From an uncultured Clostridia bacterium (GTDB taxonomy: Bacteria; Bacillota; Clostridia; Christensenellales; CAG-138), in contig CAMKES010000001.1 of NCBI GenBank assembly GCA_946411635.1, positions 151,696-215,695 on the forward strand: a stretch of 64,000 nt of DNA, written 5' to 3'. The position numbers and the translations under genes were made by a program. This document shows positions 18,228 to 26,047 of this stretch, piece after piece. The first letter of the stretch is position 1. The number at the start of each line of letters is the position of its first letter. The notes below the pieces were generated by a model. The model did not search any database. It was not told the origin of the DNA and saw nothing but the letters and a program-made list of their open reading frames with translations.

Positions 18228-18303
18228 TGGAGCCAAAGAGGGGACTCGGACCCCTGACCTACGCATTACGAGTGCGTCGCTCTACCGACTGAGCTACTTT
18301 GGC
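18228..18303 (-). tRNA. tRNA-Thr (anticodon CGT)
   Basis: Hand-folded cloverleaf: acceptor GCCAAAG/CTTTGGC, anticodon loop CTCGTAA, CCA encoded. The T-loop reads TCCGAGT, with C at position 55. Confidence 0.85.
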
Positions 18304-18314
18304 GGACCTTTTCT

Positions 18315-18343
18315 ATTATAGGCAACGGTCTCCGTTCTGTCAA
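18315..18343 (-). promoter_or_regulatory. Consensus sigma-A promoter for the tRNA-Thr/Pro operon (TTGACA-17-TATAAT)
   Basis: The minus strand reads TTGACA gaacggagaccgttgcc TATAAT. tRNA-Thr begins about 12 nt after the -10 element. Confidence 0.8.
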
Positions 18344-18395
18344 GCACATTTTTCAACTTTTTCGATATATCATTTTTCGCGTGAAAAGAATCCGG

Positions 18396-18424
18396 TTGCC
18401 TGCGTCCGCGGCGTATGGTATGAT
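18396..18424 (+). promoter_or_regulatory. sigma-A type promoter (TTGCCT-17-TGgTATGAT, extended -10)
   Basis: TTGCCT at 18396-18401 and TATGAT at 18419-18424, preceded by TGG. Upstream of the GNAT gene. Confidence 0.6.
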
Positions 18425-18456
18425 AAGCAAAAGCAGCGCAGGAGGAAACGTGCAAA

Positions 18457-18879
18457 ATGGAAATCCGGGAATATGCGCCGTTCGATGAACGCGAGATCGC
18501 CGAACTGTACGGCGCGGTCGGCTGGACCGCGTATACGGATGATCTTCCCGCGCTTCAGCGCGGCTTTGCGAACTCGCTGCTGGTTCTCGGCGCATACGAA
18601 GACGGCGCGCTTCTCGGGATCATCCGCTGCGTCGGCGACGGAGAAACGATCGTTCGGATCCAGGACGTTCTCGTTTTTCCGGAATATCAGCGCAGGGGCG
18701 CCGGACGGGCGCTCGTCAAAGCCGTTCTCGAGCGCTTTCCGCGCGTGCGGCAGATCGAGCTTGCGACCGATGCAAACGATCCCGTTTCGAACGCGTTTTA
18801 CCGGGCGCAGGGATTCCGCGGCTTTCCGGAAATCGGGATCACCGGCTATATGCGCTTCCGGACGAAGAAAGGAGAATGA
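18457..18879 (+). CDS. GNAT family N-acetyltransferase
   Basis: 140 aa with the acetyl-CoA binding motif VFPEYQRRGAGRALV. Confidence 0.85.
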   Translation: MEIREYAPFDEREIAELYGAVGWTAYTDDLPALQRGFANSLLVLGAYEDGALLGIIRCVGDGETIVRIQDVLVFPEYQRRGAGRALVKAVLERFPRVRQIELATDANDPVSNAFYRAQGFRGFPEIGITGYMRFRTKKGE

Positions 18880-18880
18880 C

Positions 18881-19561
18881 GTGATCGACCTGAACGAATA
18901 TCTCGACCGGCTGATTCCGGCGTGCAAAACAGTGTTCGGAGACCGGCTGCTGTACGTGGGGCTTCAGGGCAGTTATCTGCGCGGCGAGGCGACGGAGGAC
19001 AGCGATATCGACGTCATGGTGATCATCGATCGGCTTTCCGTTGCGGACCTGGACGCGTATCGGCTCGTTCTCGAACAGATCGGGCATTTCGATAAAGCGT
19101 GCGGCTTTCTCTGCGGAAAGGACGAAATGACGCACTGGAACACGTTGGAAATCACCTCTCTTGCGCGGTCGACAAAGGACCTGTACGGAGCGCTGTCGGA
19201 CTATCTTCCGCAAACGACGAGAGCGGACGCGATCAAGTACGTCCGATATGATCTCGGCGCGCTCTATCATGAACTGTGTCACCGCTACGTTCACGCGGAC
19301 CGGGAAAAGAATATCCGCGCGTTCCGGCGTACGTGCAAAGGTCTGTATTTCCTGATCCGGGACCTGTATGAGCTGGAAAGCGGCACGTTCGCCGCAACGA
19401 AGCGCGAGCTGAAAGAACGGGTTTGCGGCGAAGACCGGAAAATGCTTTCGATGGCGGAGCTGCCCGACGGATTTGATTTCGACGCGGCCTTTTCGGACGT
19501 GTTCCGCTGGGCGCAGAATGCGATCGTCCGGACGGAACGCCTTCAGGCGCAGGCGGAGTGA
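18881..19561 (+). CDS. Nucleotidyltransferase-domain protein (ANT/AadA-like)
   Basis: GTG start 1 nt after the GNAT stop, with SD GAAAGGAG. Pol-beta NTase motif GSYLRGEATEDSDIDVMVI, then a helical C-terminal domain. The long N-terminal extension in the ORF track overlaps the tRNA and the GNAT gene and is spurious. Confidence 0.7.
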   Translation: MIDLNEYLDRLIPACKTVFGDRLLYVGLQGSYLRGEATEDSDIDVMVIIDRLSVADLDAYRLVLEQIGHFDKACGFLCGKDEMTHWNTLEITSLARSTKDLYGALSDYLPQTTRADAIKYVRYDLGALYHELCHRYVHADREKNIRAFRRTCKGLYFLIRDLYELESGTFAATKRELKERVCGEDRKMLSMAELPDGFDFDAAFSDVFRWAQNAIVRTERLQAQAE

Positions 19562-19585
19562 TCCTGTTCGGAGAAAGGAAACGAT

Positions 19586-20053
19586 ATGGCGGTACGGTTT
19601 GCAAAAGAAAAGGATCTTCCGCGCGTGAACGAACTCAGGAAGCAGGTCAACGACCTGCACGCCGCGGGAAAGCCGGAGTTCTTCCGGCCGGGGTTCTCAA
19701 AAGAACTGGCGGATCTTGTTTTCGCGATCTTCGACGATCCGGATAAAAAGATCGTTGTTGCGGAGCGCGAAGGCGTCGTCTGCGGCTTTGCCGTGCTGCA
19801 TCGCGTGATCCGCCCCGAAAACCCGTATATGTTCGAGCGGGTCTGTCTCGACGTGGACGAGTTCTGCGTTGACGCGCCGTACCGGAGAAAGGGCGTCGGT
19901 TCGGAACTGATCGCGTTTATCCGCGCGTACGCAAAGGAGAACGGCTTTCGCCGGATCGAACTTAATATGTGGGAATTCAATCGGGACGCGTTGGCGTTCT
20001 ACGAATCGGCAGGGTTCTCGACCTACCGCAGGTACCTGGAACTGGAGCCGTAA
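19586..20053 (+). CDS. GNAT family N-acetyltransferase
   Basis: 155 aa with motif VDAPYRRKGVGSELI. Confidence 0.85.
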   Translation: MAVRFAKEKDLPRVNELRKQVNDLHAAGKPEFFRPGFSKELADLVFAIFDDPDKKIVVAEREGVVCGFAVLHRVIRPENPYMFERVCLDVDEFCVDAPYRRKGVGSELIAFIRAYAKENGFRRIELNMWEFNRDALAFYESAGFSTYRRYLELEP

Positions 20054-20058
20054 CCGGC

Positions 20059-20093
20059 AAAAAAAAGACCGTCCCGACCGGGACGGTCTTTTC
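20059..20093. terminator. Bidirectional rho-independent terminator
   Basis: Hairpin AAGACCGTCCC-gacc-GGGACGGTCTT with flanking A and T runs, between convergent genes. Confidence 0.85.
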
Positions 20094-20099
20094 ATCGTT

Positions 20100-21164
20100 T
20101 CAGTTTTGCTTGTCGATCAGATACACGATATCGGAGATCTCGCGTCCGCCGTTGTACGGACGGTTCAGCACGCCTCCGTTCCAGTACATGACCGCCGTTT
20201 CACCGCCGTCGAGATTGTAGGCGACCTTGCAGCCGAGCGATTCCATCAGCTGGGCGAGCTCGTAAAGCCACAGACCGCGGGAATAGTGATCCTGCCGGCC
20301 GTCCACGGTCACGAAGATGTAATGACCGGGCTCGATGTAGCCGATCGCGCAGCGCGGATTCCACCGGTTGATCTGGGAACCGGGGTATTCCTGGATCGCG
20401 TGTCCCTCTTTGTCGAACAGGGAGGGGCCGAACTGCCACGCCTGCCAGACGTCGGGGCGGATCGTCGAAGCGTCGTACTCGTCGACCGTCATCGTTTCCA
20501 TCGTTCCGTCCTTATACAAGAAACAGAGATCGGTGAAATCGCTGCGCGTCTTCAGATCGTACGTCATGCCGTTCCGAATGACGAGGGAGTGCTTGTTGTG
20601 ACCGAAGTAGTCCCCGGAGATGGCGAGGATCGCGTGCTCGCGTTCGGCGATCTTCCGGACGGTCTGATTGTTCCGGTGCGACGTGAACGAATTGCTCGCC
20701 GCCGTGCGGAGACATTCGATGTCGCGGATATAGATGTCCGCGACGAAATACACCGCCAGATCGGAGAACGTTTTTTTGTCGTCCTCGTATTTCGTGATCG
20801 TGATGTTCAGATTGTCGCTCTTATAGGACAGCTCCTCCTGCTTCGTTTCCTCGCGGGGAACAAAGCCGCCCTTTTCCCAATCGATCAGTCCGCTCGGCTC
20901 CGGCGTAGGCGCTTCGGTCGGAACGGGCGTTTCAACGGGTTCCGGCGTGGGCGGAAGCGTGGGCGGGAGCGACGGCGCCTCGGTCGACTGCGGGGTCGCG
21001 ACGACCAGCTCGTCCTCCGGAACGTCGGAGGGGAGCGCCTCGGCGGCCTGCGTCGCGGCGGCGTCGGGCGTCGCTTCGGCGACGGGCGCGTTTTCGGTCT
21101 TTCCGCATGCAGCAAGCAGCATGAGGGCGATCAGCAAAGCAATGAGTTTGACGAACGGTTTCAC
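20100..21164 (-). CDS. Phosphodiester glycosidase (DUF2233/NAGPA-like) lipoprotein, paralog 2
   Basis: GTG start overlapping the upstream stop (GTGA). Lipobox LLAAC, PT-rich linker, and C-terminal domain ...ISGDYFGHN...NLDGGETAVMYWNG...NGGREISDIVY. Confidence 0.75.
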   Translation of the reverse strand: MKPFVKLIALLIALMLLAACGKTENAPVAEATPDAAATQAAEALPSDVPEDELVVATPQSTEAPSLPPTLPPTPEPVETPVPTEAPTPEPSGLIDWEKGGFVPREETKQEELSYKSDNLNITITKYEDDKKTFSDLAVYFVADIYIRDIECLRTAASNSFTSHRNNQTVRKIAEREHAILAISGDYFGHNKHSLVIRNGMTYDLKTRSDFTDLCFLYKDGTMETMTVDEYDASTIRPDVWQAWQFGPSLFDKEGHAIQEYPGSQINRWNPRCAIGYIEPGHYIFVTVDGRQDHYSRGLWLYELAQLMESLGCKVAYNLDGGETAVMYWNGGVLNRPYNGGREISDIVYLIDKQN

Positions 21165-22216
21165 TTGTTCGTACCTGCCTTTCCGCAGAAGAACCGCGAT
21201 TCGTGATACGGTTCTTTTGCAATGTAAATAATGTCGGAGATCTCGCGCCCGCCGTTGCACGGCTGGTTATAGATCCGGTTTTTCCAGTAGAAATGCGCCG
21301 ATGCGCCGCCGTCGAGGTTGAACGCCGTTTTGCAGCCGAGCGATTCCATCAGCGCGGCGAGATCGGCAAGCCGCATTCCGCGCGTGGCGTTCTGCCTTCC
21401 GTCCGCGACTACGAATAAGTAATGCCCGGGTTCGACGTATCCGATGCATGCGCGCGGGTTGGTTCCCGCGATATGCGATTCGGGGAACGACGTTCGCGCC
21501 TTTCCGTTTTCGTCCAGCAGCGCAGGTCCGAATTCCCAGACCTGCCACGGATCCTTTTCGAGGATCTTCGCGACGCTGACGTCGTTTCTGCGGATCGTTT
21601 CCATCTCGCCGTTTTTCAGAAGCACGCAAACGTCTCCGTATCCGGTGCTCGTGCGGTATGCGACGCCGTTTCGCACGACCAGCGAGCTGTTGTGCGCGCT
21701 GTAATAATCGCCGGAAATCGCGAGCAGCGCGTCCGCCTTCTTTGCCATGACCGCGACGTCGCCGTGTCCGCGCCGGGCAAAATCGCCCTTCGCGCTTGCG
21801 GTCATGATCTGCGTAACGTCTTTTACGTATACGTCTGCGACGTAATAGACGGCGGCGGACCGGAACGAGCTCTTGTCACGCACCTTCCGGACGGTAACGA
21901 AGAGCGTCGGACTGCGGTATTCGGCGTCGGACCTGAGGATCCCCTCCGACCAGAACGGCGCGGATTCCGCCGTTTCGGACGTCTGCGGCGCGGGCGTAAC
22001 GAAAACCGGCGTTTCCGTCGGTTCGGGCGTCGCAGTTTGCGCTTCGATCGCGGGCGAGGGCGTGGGAAGATGCGTTTCAACGGTGCGGACGACCGCCTCG
22101 GGCGCGTTTGCCCGCAGACGCAGAACCGCGGCATACCCGCCCAGCGCAAGCAGCGTCAGGCATACGAAACAAAGAATAACGATCGGAACGCGATCTTTTC
22201 GACGGGTACGGCTCAT
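21161..22216 (-). CDS. Phosphodiester glycosidase (DUF2233/NAGPA-like) membrane-anchored protein, paralog 1
   Basis: 351 aa with an N-terminal TM anchor. Its domain is collinear with the downstream paralog (ISGDYYSAHN...NLDGGASAHFYWKN...NGGREISDIIY). Confidence 0.75.
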   Translation of the reverse strand: MSRTRRKDRVPIVILCFVCLTLLALGGYAAVLRLRANAPEAVVRTVETHLPTPSPAIEAQTATPEPTETPVFVTPAPQTSETAESAPFWSEGILRSDAEYRSPTLFVTVRKVRDKSSFRSAAVYYVADVYVKDVTQIMTASAKGDFARRGHGDVAVMAKKADALLAISGDYYSAHNSSLVVRNGVAYRTSTGYGDVCVLLKNGEMETIRRNDVSVAKILEKDPWQVWEFGPALLDENGKARTSFPESHIAGTNPRACIGYVEPGHYLFVVADGRQNATRGMRLADLAALMESLGCKTAFNLDGGASAHFYWKNRIYNQPCNGGREISDIIYIAKEPYHESRFFCGKAGTNK

Positions 22217-22857
22217 ACGGAAAGCGTATGCACGATCACTTCAACGGAGACCGTTCCGCACCGGAAAAAGTCGGGCAAAACGCCGAAGGACTCCAAAAGG
22301 ATCTTGACGCCGATCAGGATCAGGACGACCCCGCCGACGATCGTAGCCGTGCGGTGATATTTCAGGCCGAACCGGTTTCCGAGCCAAACGCCGATCGCGG
22401 AAAGAACGAAAGTCGTGACGCCGATCAGTCCGATCGCAAGGAAAATGCTGGTTCCGCCGTGCAGCCAGACCATGCCGGACTGCATGGAAAACGTGACGCC
22501 GACCGCGAACGCGTCGATGCTCGTGGCGACGGCGAGAACGAACAGCCGCCCGATCGAAGCAAGACCGTCCGGCGCTTCCGTGTCCTTGTCCCGGATGCCG
22601 TCGATCAGCATTTTCCCGCCGATGAACAGCAGCAGTCCGAACGCGATCCACGGACCGATCGTGACCGCGGAGGCGAAGGTCGATCCGAGCGCGAACCCGA
22701 GCAGCGGCATCAGCGCCTGAAATCCTCCGAAAAACAGAGCGATCAGAAGGGCGTGCGGAATGCGCAGCTTTTTCATGGATACGCCCTGACACATGGATAC
22801 CGCGAACGCATCCATGGACAAACCTACGCCGATAAAAAAGATATCTGACAGACGCAT
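22213..22857 (-). CDS. mntP: Manganese efflux pump MntP
   Basis: 214 aa with the duplicated MntP motifs GLSMDAFAVS and ATSIDAFAVG. Layout is collinear with E. coli MntP. Confidence 0.85.
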   Translation of the reverse strand: MRLSDIFFIGVGLSMDAFAVSMCQGVSMKKLRIPHALLIALFFGGFQALMPLLGFALGSTFASAVTIGPWIAFGLLLFIGGKMLIDGIRDKDTEAPDGLASIGRLFVLAVATSIDAFAVGVTFSMQSGMVWLHGGTSIFLAIGLIGVTTFVLSAIGVWLGNRFGLKYHRTATIVGGVVLILIGVKILLESFGVLPDFFRCGTVSVEVIVHTLSV

Positions 22858-22963
22858 ATTCCCCTCCGATTTTCCGGATCAGTATATCAGAGAACGGATC
22901 GTTCCGCAATGACCCGCGGCGAGAGTTAATCCATCCTTTACATTTATGACACAACTCGTACGC

Positions 22964-22992
22964 TTTACATCGAACGCAAACTGCTGTATACT
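22964..22992 (+). promoter_or_regulatory. sigma-A type promoter (TTTACA-17-TATACT)
   Basis: TTTACA at 22964-22969, 17-nt spacer, TATACT at 22987-22992. Upstream of the PP-loop ATPase gene. Confidence 0.65.
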
Positions 22993-23017
22993 GGATCGGT
23001 GAAAGGAAACGGAACGA

Positions 23018-23776
23018 ATGAAGCGGATTCTGGGCAGCATCCGGCGTGCGGATGAAAAGTTTAAAATGATCGAGGACGGCGATAAGATCTGTATCGGCGT
23101 CTCCGGCGGCAAGGATTCTCTGCTGCTGATGCAGGCGATGAAGCTGTATCAGCGCTTTTCCTACACCCGATTCGACGTGATCGCCGTAATGCTCGATCTC
23201 GGTCTCAGGTATCAGGACACCGCGCCGATCCGCGCGTACGCGGAACGGATCGGGATCCCGTTTGAAGTGATCCCCACCGAGATCGGCAAGGTCGTGTTTG
23301 AATACCGCGCGGAACGGTCTCCCTGCGCGCTTTGCGCCAAGCTGCGCCGCGGCGCGCTGAACACGGCGGCAAAACAGCGCGGCTGCAACAAAGTCGCCCT
23401 CGGGCATAACCGAGAGGACGTTCTCGAAACGCTTTTGATGTCGATGCTGTATGAAGGACGGATGAACACCTTCGCGCCGATCACGTATCTGTCCAGGACC
23501 GACATCACCGTGATCCGTCCGATGATCTACGTGCCCGAAAAATACTGCCTGTCCGTCGCAAGACAGCTCGAGCTGCCGATCCTGCCGCCGAACTGTGACG
23601 TCGCGGGCAGCACAAAGCGCGAGGAAGCGAAGGAGATCATCAAATATCTGTGCACGCTCGTGCCGGACGCCGACGTCAAGATGATGCACGCGATCACAAA
23701 CACCGAGAAGTACGGACTCTGGGACCGCATGCGGCTGAAGCAGGCGCGCGGCGAGGCGGAGGAGACGGAGGACTAA
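23018..23776 (+). CDS. ttcA: TtcA-family PP-loop ATPase (tRNA thiolation enzyme-like)
   Basis: 252 aa with PP-loop GVSGGKDS and a CALCAKLRRG Cys pair. Confidence 0.7.
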   Translation: MKRILGSIRRADEKFKMIEDGDKICIGVSGGKDSLLLMQAMKLYQRFSYTRFDVIAVMLDLGLRYQDTAPIRAYAERIGIPFEVIPTEIGKVVFEYRAERSPCALCAKLRRGALNTAAKQRGCNKVALGHNREDVLETLLMSMLYEGRMNTFAPITYLSRTDITVIRPMIYVPEKYCLSVARQLELPILPPNCDVAGSTKREEAKEIIKYLCTLVPDADVKMMHAITNTEKYGLWDRMRLKQARGEAEETED

Positions 23777-24294
23777 AACAGCCCCGGCGCAAGCTCCGGA
23801 AGCATGCGAAGCAGCCGTTCGCGCAGGTCGTCGCGGTTGCTCTCGTCGATCCGGAACACCTTTGCGCGCGGATGCGAACGCACCGCGTCCAGAAACGCAG
23901 TCTGCCTGTCGCGGACGGCGGCGATCACGAACGGCGCCTCGTCGAGCGTTTTCAGGACTGCCGCGCGGAACGTCTGCGCATCGCTTTCCATGAATCCGAG
24001 CTCGTCAAAAACGATCACGCCGTCATACGGCAGCGCGAGCCGCTGCGCGAACCGGTCGAACGCCGCGGGAAACGCGACGCTGCCGCCGTCGCGGCAGAGC
24101 CCGACGCAGCTTTCCTCCGAAAACCGTTTCGGTTCGCCGAAGCGGCGGATGCAGACCGGACGGCTTCCGTCCGGCATCGGCTCCGTTTTTTCGGTGATCA
24201 CACCGTATACGGGCGCCTTTGCGGATGCGAGCAGCGCGCGGATCAGCGTGGATTTGCCGACGCCGTTGCGCCCGACGATCAGGATATGTGTCAT
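23773..24294 (-). CDS. P-loop NTPase (THEP1/nucleoside-triphosphatase-like)
   Basis: Start MTHILIVGRNGVGKSTL with SD GGAGG. Walker B VIVFDELG. 173 aa. The longer ORF-track N-terminus lacks an SD. Confidence 0.55.
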   Translation of the reverse strand: MTHILIVGRNGVGKSTLIRALLASAKAPVYGVITEKTEPMPDGSRPVCIRRFGEPKRFSEESCVGLCRDGGSVAFPAAFDRFAQRLALPYDGVIVFDELGFMESDAQTFRAAVLKTLDEAPFVIAAVRDRQTAFLDAVRSHPRAKVFRIDESNRDDLRERLLRMLPELAPGLF

Positions 24295-24355
24295 AACGAC
24301 CTCCGCTGCGGGGTTCGGTCGGGCGGACCCGACCGGGATACCGGTTTCATTCTCA

Positions 24356-24390
24356 ACAAAAAAAAGGAAACGCCGCGTTGCGGCGTTTTT
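24356..24390 (-). terminator. Rho-independent terminator
   Basis: Hairpin AACGCCGC-gtt-GCGGCGTT. The minus strand continues into a T-run. Downstream of the 24396-25007 gene. Confidence 0.75.
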
Positions 24391-24395
24391 CTGAT

Positions 24396-25007
24396 TCAAT
24401 CGCGGATCAGCGAAACGGAAACGGTCTGCGGCGCGGCGTTCGGATCGGACTCGACGCGAACGGTGAATCCGCCGAGCCGCTTCGAGAAGGTCTCGCCGTC
24501 GGAAACGACGCTGCGGCACTGCTTCACGATCAGATCGCTGTCCGCTGCGGGCAGCTGATACACCTTCATGACCCGGTCGAACAGATCGCGAAGCGAGGCG
24601 ACGGTGCGGGCGTTCTGCTCGCGGACCTTGGCGGACACGTCCAGATCGTCCTCCGGATCGGCGCACAGTTCCGTCCGGAACGTCAGAAGCCGGATCCCGT
24701 CGCTGTCGGATTGCATTTCCATGCGGAAGCGCACGCCGTCCGGCGCGGTCACGTCATATCCGTCCGGATCGGGAACGACCGTATATCCGCCCTGCGCGAG
24801 CGCGTCCAGCACGAGCTCGCCGCGGATCGGGGGCTCCGGCGCCGGTTCGACGGATTCCGGAGCGTCTTTCGTTTTCGTTCCGTACCGGATCGCAAGCCCG
24901 ACGAACAGAAGCACGACGAGCCCGATGCAGATGTACTCGATGATACGGATCCGGTCGACCGTCAGGAACGACCGCTTTTTTCTGCCGTTTTTCGGTTTAG
25001 TCGACAT
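24396..25007 (-). CDS. Single-pass membrane protein, unknown function
   Basis: Start MSTKPKNGRKKRSF, one TM segment (IEYICIGLVVLLFVGLAI), and an acidic extracytoplasmic domain. 11-nt overlap with the upstream acyltransferase-like gene. Confidence 0.6.
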   Translation of the reverse strand: MSTKPKNGRKKRSFLTVDRIRIIEYICIGLVVLLFVGLAIRYGTKTKDAPESVEPAPEPPIRGELVLDALAQGGYTVVPDPDGYDVTAPDGVRFRMEMQSDSDGIRLLTFRTELCADPEDDLDVSAKVREQNARTVASLRDLFDRVMKVYQLPAADSDLIVKQCRSVVSDGETFSKRLGGFTVRVESDPNAAPQTVSVSLIRD

Positions 25008-25941
25008 CTCGATGGACCGTTTCGGGCGCTTCGTCCAGAACGTGCGGGTTGCGGAAGAAGGTCTTGAACATCTTGAACGAGGACGCAAGCGTAAAGCCGT
25101 CGCAGATGCGTTCGTCGCAGACGATCTTGTAATCGATGTACTTCCGCTGCACGGGCGTTCCGTCTTCCTTCAGTTCGGTTTTCTTATACTTTGCGCCGAA
25201 GGAAAGAAAGATCGGCAGATTTCCGAAATCGTACAGATGATGGTATACCGGCGGGATGCCGAGCGAGCCCATCGAGGTGATGAACATCGAGCCGTGGAAC
25301 GGACTGACGTCAAGAAGTTTTTTCGGAAGCCAACCGAAATAGTCGAACATCTTTAAAAGCCAGACCGCGTTTTTCAGCATGAGACCGGGAATGAAATTGA
25401 GGATCTTCGCCGTATTGTCAAAGCCGCTGTCGGGATTGACTTCGCGGTTTTCGTCGATCTCCTTCTGCAGTTTCCGATAGATGTCTTCCGCTGTGTCGCT
25501 CGGAGAGAAATGCATCTTAATGATCGTTTCCTCCGCGTCCAGCGTCAGCTCGCGCTTGATGGTCAGATTCACGATGATATCGTCGTAATGCGTGTAGACG
25601 CGCTGACCGGAGAGGAACCGGTTGATCTGCGGACGCTGCGAAACGACACGGACGTACGCGGCGAGCAGAAGATGCATCATGCCGAAGCCCTTGAGCCCCT
25701 GATTTCTCTTTTTGCGGATATAGTTTTCCGCCTCCGTGATCTCGATCGACTCATGGAAATACACGCTTGCGCCGGAGCGGTTCGGCATGATATACGGGGA
25801 GACCTTGGACATCGGCTGCAGAGAACGAAGACGGTATCCGTCCGGCCGGTCTCCGAAACGACGCTTTCTTTTGGGCAGCGCCGGAACGGCGGTTTTTGCT
25901 TCCGCGGCGTTCGCGACCTCTTGCGCGATTTTTTTCTTCAT
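24997..25941 (-). CDS. 2-oxoacid dehydrogenase E2/CAT-fold acyltransferase-like protein (catalytic domain only)
   Basis: 314 aa. The C-terminal motif VCDERICDGF aligns with the E2 active-site motif DHRxxDG. No lipoyl or E1/E3-binding domains. Confidence 0.6.
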   Translation of the reverse strand: MKKKIAQEVANAAEAKTAVPALPKRKRRFGDRPDGYRLRSLQPMSKVSPYIMPNRSGASVYFHESIEITEAENYIRKKRNQGLKGFGMMHLLLAAYVRVVSQRPQINRFLSGQRVYTHYDDIIVNLTIKRELTLDAEETIIKMHFSPSDTAEDIYRKLQKEIDENREVNPDSGFDNTAKILNFIPGLMLKNAVWLLKMFDYFGWLPKKLLDVSPFHGSMFITSMGSLGIPPVYHHLYDFGNLPIFLSFGAKYKKTELKEDGTPVQRKYIDYKIVCDERICDGFTLASSFKMFKTFFRNPHVLDEAPETVHRDVD

Positions 25942-25970
25942 GAAAGAATACCCCCCTGATATTTCATTTT

Positions 25971-25999
25971 ATTTTACCAAATCAAGCCCGGAAAGGCAA
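25971..25999 (-). promoter_or_regulatory. sigma-A type promoter (TTGCCT-17-TGgTAAAAT)
   Basis: The minus strand reads TTGCCT ttccgggcttgatttgg TAAAAT. Divergent from the U32 promoter. Confidence 0.6.
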
Positions 26000-26012
26000 G
26001 AGAAAAATGCAG

Positions 26013-26041
26013 TTGCAAAACGGGTCTCCGACCGGTATAAT
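26013..26041 (+). promoter_or_regulatory. sigma-A type promoter (TTGCAA-17-TATAAT) abutting the U32 start codon
   Basis: TTGCAA at 26013-26018, exact 17-nt spacer, TATAAT at 26036-26041. The ATG at 26048 is only 6 nt after the -10. Confidence 0.7.
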
Positions 26042-26047
26042 GAACGC

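Noticed and set aside
18299-18880. N-terminal 194 aa of the 420-aa ORF-track entry 18299-19561.
   Set aside because: It begins inside tRNA-Thr, runs through the GNAT promoter, and lies out of frame across the well-supported GNAT gene. The real gene is the C-terminal 226 aa, starting at GTG 18881 with its own SD.
22858-22963. Possible yybP-ykoY manganese riboswitch in the mntP leader.
   Set aside because: The minus-strand leader lacks the hallmark segments as I remember them from the L. lactis element: AAAGGGGAGUAGC, UUGACAUA, and the 3' GACCUUU pairing. The closest string is AAAGGATGGATTA. The available leader is also short. A covariance-model search of RF00080 would be decisive.
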